Assembly (NCBI GenBank): GCA_031539225.1
Contig: JAVKLJ010000003.1
Location: forward strand, 11,069-75,068
Reading direction: 5' to 3'
Length of the DNA stretch: 64,000 bases
DNA from: Patescibacteria group bacterium
Lineage (GTDB): Bacteria > Patescibacteriota > Gracilibacteria > BD1-5 > UBA2023
Every line of letters begins with the position of its first letter. Within the stretch, counting starts at the first letter, position 1. Shown piece after piece: positions 10,879 to 21,684 of this stretch. The notes under the pieces were generated by a model. The model did not search any database and was not told the DNA's origin. It saw only the letters and a program-made list of their open reading frames with translations. The position numbers and the translations under genes were made by a program.

Positions 10879-11928
10879 ATGGAACTCGCAAAATTCCTCA
10901 CACTCATGGACACAGTTATCGACAAGCAATTTTTCGATCTCCATATCACTCCAAACAGTTCTCCATATGTGAGAAATAGTATGTGAGAGATTGTGCAAAT
11001 GACTGAATTTGAAGTCATATCCAATGAGGATATCAAAGAAATTTGTACAATGCTCCTATCTCGTCCATTTACCGAACGCACCCTCGATATTTCATTTGAA
11101 TATAGAGATACTCGTTTCCGTGTGAATCTCTCACATATCCTCAGATGAATTAGTCTCACATTTCGTATGATACCGAGCGTGATACCATCGGCTGAGGAAA
11201 TAGGCCTTTCTCCATATCTCCTCGAACTCTCGCTCTCAGAGAAATGAATCATCCTTATCACAGGACCGACAGGAAGTGGAAAAACTACGACTATGGCGAC
11301 GATGATAGAGTACATCAACGCTCATACAAAAAAACATATCGTCACACTCGAAGATCCAGTAGAATTTGTCTATAAAAATAAACAGTCTCTCATACATCAG
11401 CGGGAGCTCGGAAAACAATTTGATACATTCGCTGATGGTATCAGATCAGTGCTTCGTGAAGATCCTGATGTCATCGTCATCGGAGAAATGCGTGATCTCG
11501 CAACGATAGAAGCAGCCATCACACTTGCAGAAACAGGACACCTCGTCCTCTCGACACTCCATACAAATGATACTGTGCAAACGGTAGACCGCATCATACA
11601 ATCATTCCCTGCTGGTATGCAAAATCAGATTCGGATGCAATTTGGACTCTGTATGCGTGCTATCATATCACAAATGCTTCTTCCGAAAAAAGATGGAAGT
11701 GGACGAGTTGTAGCAAGAGAAATCATGCTCGCAGATGACTCAGTTCGTAATCTCATCATCCGCGGAGAAACTCAAAACATGTACTCTGTACTCGAAATCT
11801 CAAAGCAAAAATGAATGATGCTCATGGATGATGCAATCATCTATCTCTATAAAAAATGATTTGTTGATAAAAGTACTCTAGAAGTCACGATTCGAGATAG
11901 AAGTCGTCTAGAAACTATGCTCGGATAA
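10879..11928 (+). CDS. pilT: type IV pilus retraction ATPase PilT
   Basis: EKGIILITGPTGSGKTT (TGA at 11245-11247), IVTLEDPVEF, DPDVIVIGEMRD, TGHLVLSTLHTN. Confidence 0.9.
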
Positions 11929-12025
11929 ATAGATAAAACACGAACCAATTTTCATGTCAAGCGAAAATGATTTATATTTCCGCTTCTCCATGGATTTTTT
12001 CGTGTTTTTATGGTACTATAGGGGC

Positions 12026-15000
12026 ATGGCAAAGGTAAAAATCATACTCGCCTATATTACTCTTCTCTGTTTTTTCTCAACTGAGGGGATTTTACCGATT
12101 TTTGCTGATGAGTGAATAGAACTCCATTCACTCGATGAACTACCGAGTTTTCATAAAGAAATAGATACGGCTCTCGATAGTATGGAAGAGAAAACTACCG
12201 AATGAGAGAAAGAAAATACAACAATACCAAAAACCGAAGAAACTGAAACGACATCTCAGTTCATCGTCGAATGACTTCCAAAATACGACGAAACAACAAA
12301 TCTCGATGCATGGTTTGACAATATGAGTGCTCTTGTGCGCATGGGGATAGTAAAAAGAAGGATCATAAAATCTCTCGGACTTCCATGAGACAATAGCATC
12401 ACGGTAAATATCGTAGATGGAACTGAGATACGAACAAAAGACTTCGAAAAAGTACACCTCGATACACTCACAGTAGATGCATCAGCAAAAGAAAAAGCGA
12501 AAAAAACATTTCACTTTGGTCTCACAGGTAAACATCTCATATTTTCAAAGGCTGTAGAAATCAAAGCAAAAGTATCAGCAAAAGATGGAGAACTCGTAGA
12601 TATACAAGTAAAACATGCTGGAGATAAAAATTTTAATACTGCAGGGCTCTCGACTCATATCGAAACCAGCTGTAATGCAGACTGAAGTGCGAGCATCCCG
12701 AGCTCAAGTGCAATGGTCGAAAATGGAACTATTACATTTTATACCTGTGGAGCGAGTACATTTATTCTAGGTGCATGAGGCGCTGGATCATTATCTCTAT
12801 GGTTTCAAGCTGGGTCTGGTATGACTCTATCAGGGACAAATCTATCATTATGGAACGACCTATCAGGAAAATGAAACAATGCAAGCCAAGTAACGACATC
12901 AGCACAACCAAAATATGTAACAGGTGTAGTAAACGGAAATCCTATAATTCAGTTTAATGCAACGACACAATATATGCAGGGTACAAAAACAGGGACTTAT
13001 CAGACAGTGTTCGCTGTTAGAAATCTTCCCACTACAGGGTATCAGTATCTCTTCTCAGCTCCTGCATTATCAGACTTCTCCATAAGGGCAGCTGGTGGAT
13101 ATAATGGAACATCTGTTATGACATACACCGACGGACCAAATGGTTGAGATTGGTCTTTTGGATGAACTCTTGCAATAAATAGTCTTATAACAAATACCGG
13201 GAAAGTATGATATCATATTATCCGGGATACCTCTTCCTCTCCAGTTTCGAATACAACTTATTCAATCAGTAATACATTTATGTCTCGATGAATGACTGGA
13301 TGAGATTGAGTTGCAGAAATATTAGTATATTCAGGAACACTCAGTGCTACAGGGACAAATCGTATCGAATCCTACCTCGCTCTCAAATATGGTATCACTC
13401 TCGATCAGACAACAGCAACAAACTATACCCTCTCGGACGGCAGTATCGCATGGAATGGTACAGTCGCAGGAACATATAAAAATGATATTGCAGGTATCGG
13501 GCGAGATGATGCTACCACGCTCAATCAAAAGAAGTCACAATCTATAAATAATCCTGGGGATATCATAGTGGAAAGTACTGGGGGATTTATAACAAATCTC
13601 AGAGTTCTCTCTTGGGCAAATGATGGAACTGCCACAGGAACATGGATCACCTCAGAAATACCAACGACGAATCTCATGGGACAAAATGTCTATTCTCGAA
13701 TCGCTCGAGAATGGAAATTCCAGGAACCAATAGCAGATATCGGTGGGGTAAATATCTCATATCCAGTAACAGCTCTCCCTAGTGGTGGAACTGGAAGCAT
13801 ATATATGCTTGTGGATTCAGATGGAAATTTTTCAAACGGAGGAACGACATTTGTAGCAGGTACTCTTTCTGGTTCAAACTATGAATTCGCGACAAATATC
13901 ACCAATGGATATGTGATTACATTTGCACAATCAACTGGTATAGATCTCTGGCTCAAGGCAAATTCAGGAACAAATTGTAGTACAGCATCATGTAGTGTCT
14001 TATCATGGGTTTCTCAAAATGGGAAAAAAGCAACAGGAACAAACAATCCTCTCTACATAACAAGCTCATCTGTATTCAACTTCAACCCTTCTATAAGTTT
14101 TAATGGTGCTGGAACAAGTGGAACACCAACAGGAGCATACTTTTCACTTCCATCTGGATTCGACAAGTATAGTGCTGGTCTCACTACATATGTGGTCGCG
14201 AGACCATCTAGTACAAATAGTTACGCAAGGTTTTTTGACTTTGGAAATTGAAGTTCATCAAATAATATTGCATTATTTAGAGTTGGTACAACTGATAGTT
14301 TATGATATACATCATATCCTGGAACAACAGGAGTGGGAGATATTACAAGTATAACATGAGTTATCGTAAATAATCAAACAAACATATTTGGTGCTCGCCA
14401 AGCAAGCCTCTCTACAAACGCTAGCATGATAAAAAATGGTAAAATTATAACAAACGGTACTACTGGAATAATTGGAAATGTCACTCGTACGCTGAACTAT
14501 ATAGGGCGGAGCAACTGGAACGATGCAATGTATGGTGGTGCAATCGCTGAAATAATTATTTATAATAGAGATATAACTGCTGTGGAAAGAAATAAGATTG
14601 AAACATACCTCGCTCTCAAATATGGTATCACCCTCGATCAATCAACAGCAACAAACTATACCCTCTCAAATAATGGAAGTATTGCATGGAATGGAACAAC
14701 AGCAGGAACATATAAAAATGATATTGCAGGTATCGGGCGAGATGATGCTACCACACTCAATCAAAAGAAGTCACAATCTATAAATAATCCTGGGGATATC
14801 ATAGTGGAATTCACCGGAGCAACATTACTCAATCTCAGGACTCTCACCTGGGCAAATGACTGAACAGCGACAGGGGCATGGATAAATACTGAAAATCCTC
14901 CTGGATATAAACGAATAAGCAGAGAATGGAAATTCCAGGAAGCACTCGGGGATATATGATCAACAAAAATATCATATCCAGCAAGCTCTATACCCACATG

Positions 15001-15880
15001 AAGTACTGGATCAATCTATCTTTTTGTCGATATTGATGGAAATTTTTCAACTGGTTCAAATGTCGTAACTGGTTCACTTGTTGGAGCTAACTATGAATTT
15101 GGGATAAATATGGCAAGTGGGAGCTATGTTACTTTTGGATACAAAGATCTCACTCCCCCAATCATTAATATATCTGGTGTATCAAGTGGATCACTCCTTC
15201 CTATAGGCAACTGAGCCATAAACTTTATATATAGTGATGCTGATTCAGGTATTTCAACAGGCTCACTCTCTGTAACTCTTCAGCGATATAATAGCACACT
15301 TCTAGCCTATGATAGTGCCACGGGATGACTCACAGAATCATGAAGCCGTACACAAAGCGGATCGATATGGAATATGAACAATATTGGGTTTTGAAAATAC
15401 AAACTCACAGCAACTATAGCTGATAAAGCCTGAAATACTACGAGTACAGGAATAGTATTTTTCATAGATCAGATAGAATGGACGATCGACAGAGATACCT
15501 ATAATGTATGAGATATTTCTCCGGGAATATCGACATTTGGAACTGGACAGATAACGATAACTATAAAAACAGTATGAGCAGGCTTTACACTCTCATCGAC
15601 TTCTGGAAATTCTCTCGCATCAACAGAATCAAATAGTATCAACTATTGGAATGGAACAAACGGATGGTGATATGATCTGTGGAATGGTTCAGCATGGACA
15701 AATACTATCACGAGTCACTCACCAAATGCCACACTTGCAACAACTCCAGCAAATCTCAATCAAAATGGAGACAAAAATACTTATACATACAAAATACGCT
15801 ACGGCACAAAGCTCGATGAAATGCAGTCGGCATGACAATATATCGGAACAGTAAATTTTCAGATTGGAGTTTCTTACTAA
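12026..15880 (+). CDS. 1284-aa exported protein with two LamG/concanavalin-like (Laminin_G_3-type) modules and a C-terminal Ig-like region
   Basis: Signal peptide MAKVKIILAYITLLCFFSTEGILPIFA. The hallmark AEI(L/I)(V/I)Y(S/N)..(L/I)...(G/E)(T/R)N(R/K)IE(S/T)YLALKYGITLDQ occurs twice. The length is divisible by 3 and in frame with track ORFs 13568-14251 and 14426-14863. Many in-frame TGA. TAA stop at 15878-15880. Confidence 0.75.
13373..13573 (+). repeat. intragenic direct repeat, copy A
   Basis: About 200 nt that is roughly 90 percent identical to 14606-14809, including two identical runs of more than 50 nt each. Confidence 0.85.
14606..14809 (+). repeat. intragenic direct repeat, copy B
   Basis: Partner of 13373-13573, offset 1233 nt (411 codons), with a 3-nt indel. 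Confidence 0.85.
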
Positions 15881-15893
15881 TATCATTTAAAAA

Positions 15894-16817
15894 ATGCCTT
15901 ATTCTCTCGCAAAAAATAAGGAAGGCTCAGCCCTCCTCATATCACTCATAGTGCTCGTACTCCTCTCACTGGCAAGTACAGTCTTTGTTGAAAAAGTATG
16001 GAACTTTAGCAAAGCAAGTACAGGAATCAAAGATTCGAACAGGGCCTATTATTTTTCACTCTGAACCATAGAAGAATCTCTCATGAATCCAAAAGTTACA
16101 AAATATAGCCCATGGACTGTGAGTGCAACGGGAATTACACTTCCAGCACCAGATAACATCATCAAAACTCTCACGGTCTATACCGGTGGAACAAGCGTAC
16201 CCGATATCGATAAATGAAACAGTCCCTTTGATAATGATTATAATATCATTTCTATGGGATCTCCTGTTCAGCTCGTCATACCTGACTGAGTGAGTTGGGA
16301 TAGTGTAAATTTTATATTTCGAGTACCAAACATCCCAGGGACAACATCTGGGACAGGACTTGCAAATATATCATCAAACTCATGAATGATTCTTTGGTCT
16401 ATAGGATATACAGGCGCTACCCTTTTTGCAAACGGAGAAGCAAATACATTCAAAAAAAGTAATATTTGAGTATTTACAAGTAATACAATCTCGAGTTTTC
16501 AAGGTATAACAAACTGATGAACGAATACTCAATTCTCCACATTCGTTACAGATACGAATTGACTTTGATCAAGTGGAGGAAAATGTATCAATTATAACTG
16601 TATTTTAAAACTCTCTCTCATTCGACCTGTCATACTCAACGATGGACGAACTGTACCATTTCTCGAATATAAGATAGCCTTTGGCACAACGACAATTCCA
16701 GCACAGTATATGATACTCGAAAGTAATACTTATGCAGCCTGATATAGGAGAACAAAGACTCTCAAACTTCCACAAAATACATCAAGTACTGCCCTTGACT
16801 TTGCTGTACTCCAATAA
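15894..16817 (+). CDS. PilX-N-like pilus-associated protein
   Basis: N-terminus MPYSLAKNKEGSALLISLIVLVLLSLASTVF...SNRAYYFSLGTIEESL resembles the PilX N-terminal helix. Starts 14 nt after the giant gene. TAA stop at 16815-16817. Confidence 0.55.
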
Positions 16818-16822
16818 AATCT

Positions 16823-17785
16823 ATGGAAAAAATACTCATCAACGAAGCATCTGATAGCAGTCAAAAACTCGAAAAATTTATCAAAAAATACCTCCCAAAC
16901 GCACCACTTGGAGGTATTTATAAGATGCTACGAATATGAAAAATAAAAGTAAACTGAAAGAAAAAGGAAAAAAATTATACACTCGAAATGGGTGATGAAA
17001 TATCGATTTTTTTGGGTGATGACGAGCTTCTCCAGTATAAAAAAGGTGAAAGCCTGAAACCAAGATGAAATACACAAACAAAGGGCTTTTCTATACTCTA
17101 TGAAGATGAGCACCTCATGGTAGTAAATAAATCAAGCGGTCTCAATGTCCATCCAGGAGATCATAAATCGGATGAATCATCTCTGATCGAACAGGTTCAG
17201 GATTCTCTCGGGAATCAGTATAATAGTCTCACATTTCGCCCATCGCTCGTCCATCGCATAGATAGAGAAACAAGCGGATGTGTCATGATAGCAAAAGATA
17301 AGCAAAGTCTCGAATCCCTTCTCGAAGAGCTCCAATGACACAAAATAGAAAAGATATATCATGCCATCATCATTTGAATACCGAAAGAAAAAGAGTGAAC
17401 TATCAAAGCAAAAATAGAACGCATCGAAAATGCAAGAAATGAAGCCAAGGTACAAATCAGCGAAAATGGACAGAGTGCTACAACACACTATAGAGTATTA
17501 CAATCATTCGCGGTCTGAATCTCGACAGCATCACTCATAGAATGTCGCATCGAAACAGGTCGTACGCACCAGATACGAGTCCACATGAAACATATAGGAC
17601 ATCCACTCTGCGGAGATAGAGCATATTGAGATAAAGGGATGAATAGTTTTCTCCTTCGAGAATATGCTCTCTCCGGTCAGCTTCTCCATGCTCATAAACT
17701 CATATTTACCCATCCGAAAACAGGAAAAAAGCTCGAAGTGACAGCACCATATCCTGAGAGTTTCGAAAAAATAATACAAAAATAG
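16823..17785 (+). CDS. RluA-family 23S rRNA pseudouridine synthase (S4 + PseudoU_synth_2 domains)
   Basis: [15 protein letters not shown], catalytic [10 protein letters not shown], and [10 protein letters not shown]. Confidence 0.85.
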
Positions 17786-17829
17786 TACAACAAAAAAACT
17801 TCTCCAATAAGAGAAGTTTTGTTTTTTTC

Positions 17830-17913
17830 TGGTGCCCAAGATGGGACTTGAACCCACACACCCGAAGGCATACGCACCTCAAACGTACGTGTCTACCATT
17901 CCACCACCTGGGC
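17830..17913 (-). tRNA. tRNA-Leu (GAG)
   Basis: GCCCAGG acceptor stem, long variable arm, loop TTGAGGT, T-arm GGGTTCAAGTCCC, encoded CCA. Confidence 0.85.
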
Positions 17914-17982
17914 AAAAAATAGAATTACAAAGTTTGGATTGTGTAGAAAATTCCTGAGGTTGAACTTTCATCGAAAACTTTA

Positions 17983-18058
17983 TGGTGCACCCAGTAGGGT
18001 TCGAACCTACAACCAACGGTTTCGAAGACCGCTACTCTTCCAATTGAGCTATGGGTGC
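17983..18058 (-). tRNA. tRNA-Arg (UCG)
   Basis: GCACCCA acceptor stem, anticodon stem GCGGT/ACCGT with loop CTTCGAA, T-arm AGGTTCGAACCCT, encoded CCA. Confidence 0.85.
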
Positions 18059-18125
18059 GAGGCTTTCCTACTTTGGAAATGCCTGCGGATTATAGAGAAT
18101 ATGGAAAAAAAGGCAAATGTTTTTT

Positions 18126-18581
18126 CTATTTTTTAAATGTTGCAATAATTCATTTCTCAAAAGTTCAGAAAATTTGATTTTTTGTAGATTGAAAGCTCTC
18201 AATTGAAGAAATATCATATCATAAATCTAAAATTTTTCCCGCAAATTCGCTTTTTTGTTCCTGGAGTTTTTTAGCTCATGAAAGACCTAATACAGATGTA
18301 ATGCGAATAAGATTATCATAAGGGGTAAGAACATCTCCAGCCTCTTCTTCTGCCTTTCACCTAAAAACCGGAAGATATAATCACTTCTGTTCTTGAGATA
18401 TATCCGATTTTAGCCATGTTTGATAAAAATAATGTGCATTCCAAAATTCTCGAAGTTCCTCTTGTATCTTTCTCTCAAGAGTATCAATATGTTCACTTAC
18501 ATCATTAACAGTTCTCCAATATATCGGAGCATTGTTTTTTTCAGCGATTTCTGGGAGATTATCCCGTATCAGTTTTTCCAT
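18126..18581 (-). CDS. MazG-like nucleoside triphosphate pyrophosphohydrolase (tentative)
   Basis: MEKLIRDNLPEIAEKNNAPIYWRTV...LERKIQEELREF resembles small MazG-like NTP-PPases. Track ORF 18381-18581 is extended through several TGA to TAG at 18126-18128. Confidence 0.45.
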
Positions 18582-18602
18582 GAGAGAAGTATATGAAAAA
18601 AT

Positions 18603-18632
18603 AAAAATCCCCCAAATTTTTGGAGGATTTTA
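18603..18632 (-). terminator. intrinsic terminator after rpsA
   Basis: Minus-strand AAATCCTCCA / TGGGGGATTT hairpin followed by a T-run. It ends about 20 nt before the next start codon. Confidence 0.55.
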
Positions 18633-18644
18633 TATATTAGATAA

Positions 18645-19769
18645 TTATGCTTCGAGCGCTTCTGGTGGGATTTCCACAGGAGTTGCTGATGGAACATAGT
18701 TTGGATCAAGTGCCTTGAGAGAGAGACCGATTCTTTTTCCGACAGAATCGAAAGTAATAATTCGAGCCTTCATCATCTCACCAACATGAACCTTGTCTTC
18801 GATACCTGCCATCATTTCTGATTGGATTTCAGAAATATGGATAAGACCAGAGATTCCTCCATCGAGTTCGAGAAATATACCGAACTGAGAAAGACGAAGA
18901 ACTGGAGCTTCGATGATATCACCAACTTGGTACTTATCAGAGAGAACTTGCCAAGGATTTGATTTGAGTCTCTTGATAGAGAGAGAGATTTTTTCTCCTT
19001 CGATACCAATAATCTGAACTGTTACCTTATCACCGATACGAGCGTGCTTGTGAGGGTTATTTACATGACCCCAGTCGATTTCAGAGACATGAACGAGACC
19101 TTCAACTCCGTGGAATGTAACGAAGAGTCCGTATGTGAGGATTCCTGATACAACACCTTCGACAACATCACCGATTTTGATCGTCTGAAGTGCCTGTGAT
19201 CGTTGTTCTTCGATTGCTGCTTTTTCTGAGAAGATAATCTTCTTCCCTGATTGATCAACATTGATAACACGAACATGGAAAGGTTTTCCAACGAGCTTGT
19301 TGAGATGTTCGAGGATTTTTTCTGGATTTGCGTTTTCGACGCGTGGATAGTGAACTGGAGTGAGTTGAGAAACTGGGATAAAACCCTTGATTCCATCAAG
19401 ATCAATCAGAAGACCACCCTTGTTTGCTTCGTTTGGAACAACAGTAATAATTTCTTTTGTATCAAAATTTGAGTGGAGCTTTTCGATAAGTTTCACTTGT
19501 GAAGCCTTACGAAGAGAGAGGTGAATAAGTCCACTATGAGCATCATCACCAATGATGATAGACTCAATACGGTCTCCAGGCTTAATATCAGTTGTATCTT
19601 CAGTAGAAGATTGCATATGATTTCCTGTAATAATACCCGTAAATTGACCTTCGAGGTCTACGAGAATCATTTTTTGATTTGAGACAACGACACTACCACC
19701 AACCACATCACCAACATTATATGACTGAATCGGACTTGCCGATTCGAGATCTTTTGCGAAATCTGACAT
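18645..19769 (-). CDS. rpsA: 30S ribosomal protein S1 (four S1 domains)
   Basis: Complete 374-aa ORF with no TGA. Repeated S1-domain pattern (G.V..G.V......G.FV.L....G..H.SE). Confidence 0.85.
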   Translation of the reverse strand: MSDFAKDLESASPIQSYNVGDVVGGSVVVSNQKMILVDLEGQFTGIITGNHMQSSTEDTTDIKPGDRIESIIIGDDAHSGLIHLSLRKASQVKLIEKLHSNFDTKEIITVVPNEANKGGLLIDLDGIKGFIPVSQLTPVHYPRVENANPEKILEHLNKLVGKPFHVRVINVDQSGKKIIFSEKAAIEEQRSQALQTIKIGDVVEGVVSGILTYGLFVTFHGVEGLVHVSEIDWGHVNNPHKHARIGDKVTVQIIGIEGEKISLSIKRLKSNPWQVLSDKYQVGDIIEAPVLRLSQFGIFLELDGGISGLIHISEIQSEMMAGIEDKVHVGEMMKARIITFDSVGKRIGLSLKALDPNYVPSATPVEIPPEALEA

Positions 19770-19799
19770 AAAGAGATAAACGGTTAAAAAAATAAGAAA

Positions 19800-19877
19800 T
19801 GGGGCGAATAATGGGGCTCGAACCCACGACCTCCGGATTCACAGTCCGGCGTTCTAACCAACTAAACTATATTCGCC
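19800..19877 (-). tRNA. tRNA-His (GUG) with encoded G-1
   Basis: G-1 plus GCGAATA acceptor stem, loop CTGTGAA, discriminator C73, encoded CCA. Confidence 0.9.
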
Positions 19878-19896
19878 AAACAAATAAAGCCAGAGC

Positions 19897-19924
19897 AGTA
19901 TATGAAAACCGAGACCTTTTGCAA
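19897..19924 (-). promoter_or_regulatory. promoter candidate for tRNA-His/rpsA
   Basis: Minus strand: TTGCAA (19919-19924), 16-nt spacer, TATACT (19897-19902), about 20 nt upstream of the tRNA. Confidence 0.4.
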
Positions 19925-20115
19925 AAAATTTTTTGTGTTTTTTTACATTTTGACTAAGATAGTCGACCTACGGGCAAAAATGGGATAAAAAATTTTGAAA
20001 ACTTTCTCTCTACAAAGAGAAAAATAAGAAAAATCCAGTATGGCGCGTAGAGACTTCTAGGAAAGTAAGTTTCTCTTAGAAATGAACACTTTTTTAGTTC
20101 GTCAACCTATTTTTC

Positions 20116-20145
20116 TTGATTTTTGGAACAACATAGTGGTATAAT
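20116..20145 (+). promoter_or_regulatory. promoter candidate
   Basis: TTGATT (20116-20121), 18-nt spacer ending in TGG, TATAAT (20140-20145). About 150 nt upstream of the ATG at 20294. Confidence 0.5.
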
Positions 20146-20293
20146 CAAATATGTTATCACTTGTAAAAGCGAAAACATTTCTCGATTTTCACCTACTGTG
20201 ACCAATCAAGAAAAGACAAAATATCCTGTAGACACTCTATTATATGAGATCGTCGTAAAACAAATATTTTGTTTTTATCCCTAAAAAACATTC

Positions 20294-21541
20294 ATGTATT
20301 CTTTTGTATCTGGTTTCGATAGCCTCTATCTCAAGAGTCAGGTTCGCGAAGAAATATTTTCTCTTCTTGGAAACTGTGGTAAGACACTTATGTCTTCCGC
20401 GAAAAGAAGAAAAAGCACAACAATGAGTCTCCTAAACTTCTCCGAAGGAGCAATAAAAAATACTCTCAAAAAAGGTTGGTATAGTCCTTATAAAAAACTT
20501 ATCTGATACGGTCTTCTCTTCTTCTTTGGTACAATTATCTCTCCTCCAGAGACATCATTTGCAGCGACAGAAGAAAAAACATTTATCGTCACTGCCTATT
20601 ATTCACCTCTTCCAGATCAGGCGAGCTATGCTAGGTGAAGCTATGAAGCTGATAAACGCCTCAATGGAAACGGAACAAATGGTGCAAGTGGCACTCCAGT
20701 ATTTACTGGTATGATTGCGGCCCCAAAGACTTATGCCTTTGGGACGCATATTTTTTTTCCAGGACTTGGACTCGGACGAGTAGAGGATAGAGGATGAGCT
20801 ATTGTCGATGCATGGGTACGAGGACAACCGCATGATCGTATAGATATCTGGATGGGATATGGCGATGCATGATTGCGTCGGGCGAGAAGTTGGTGAGTAC
20901 GAGAGGTAAAGTGAATCATTATTGATACTACAGAAAATCTCAATCCTATCGATCTCGAGTGAATCGACATCGGACGAGTAAATCTCGGAGATTTTGCTCC
21001 AGCAAAAGCCCAATCACAGTGAGGAATCTCGAGTGATATCATCGAAGCTTTCGCAAATCTCGGTTACATCGTCGAATGAGGAGATGTAAAACGAATGATT
21101 TTCGCATTTCAAAAAGATCAATGAATCTTAGTGTCACTCGATGAAGCAGGAGCTGGGAATTTTGGACCAAAGACGAAAATGGCATTTGTTGAGGCATACA
21201 AAAAATATAGTACACTCAGAGATGCTGATATAAAAGCAATAGAACAGGCAAAAAAAGAGCTTCTCGACGAACGAGCAAGCTGGGAAAGTAGATATACTAA
21301 AGCTCAAAACTCTATTTCACAAATCGGTTTCCCGAAGATGGGAGACAAATGATCAAACATCATATCACTTCAGGAACTCCTTCGCCAAGAATGATTCTTT
21401 AAAGGAAAAAATACTGGCGTCATGGCAGGAACTACTGTTGTTGCTCTAAAAAAATATCAAAAATCTCGAGGAATAGCACCAAGTGGAATGCTTGATTCAG
21501 TAACAAAAGACGCACTTATCAGTGATGCTATAGAAGCATAA
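20294..21541 (+). CDS. 3D-domain (MltA/RlpA-like) cell-wall protein with a C-terminal peptidoglycan-binding domain
   Basis: FIVTAYYSPLPDQ...NGNGTNGASGT...AAPKTYAFGT...VEDRGGAI...RIDIWMG (3D domain), plus a PG_binding_1-like C-terminus. An internal ATG at 20390 is an alternative start. TAA stop at 21539-21541. Confidence 0.7.
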
Positions 21542-21623
21542 CTTTTTCCTTGCGTTTTCGGATTTCTCGATATAATCGGGTTATGTATATTTCTTGTCGA
21601 TTTGACGACATATTTGCACAATA

Positions 21624-21658
21624 AAAAGAGGGTTTTTACGACCCTCTTTTTTCTTTTT
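21624..21658 (+). terminator. intrinsic terminator hairpin 27 nt upstream of the pyrG ATG
   Basis: Stem AAGAGGGT / ACCCTCTT with loop TTTTACG, followed by a T-run. Confidence 0.6.
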
Positions 21659-21684
21659 ATTTTGCTGTTTTCTTTTTTTAAAAT

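Noticed and set aside
13373-14809. A diversity-generating retroelement template/variable repeat pair in the giant gene.
   Set aside because: Mismatches between the copies are not adenine-specific. Both copies are in-frame coding parts of a tandem domain duplication, and no reverse transcriptase gene is nearby.
19878-20293. The roughly 400-nt intergenic region, examined for an ncRNA or a c-di-AMP/ydaO-type riboswitch ahead of the cell-wall 3D-domain gene.
   Set aside because: It is AT-rich with no extended helices and none of the conserved riboswitch motifs that I can recognise. It is best explained by two divergent promoters and a plain 5' UTR.
21571-21583. Bacillus-type reiterative-transcription (GGG) control of pyrG.
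   Set aside because: The GGG run starts only 2 nt after the TATAAT, too close to be the initially transcribed sequence. The purine-rich arm of the hairpin is also the 5' arm, unlike the Bacillus leader. Only generic attenuation or read-through is proposed.
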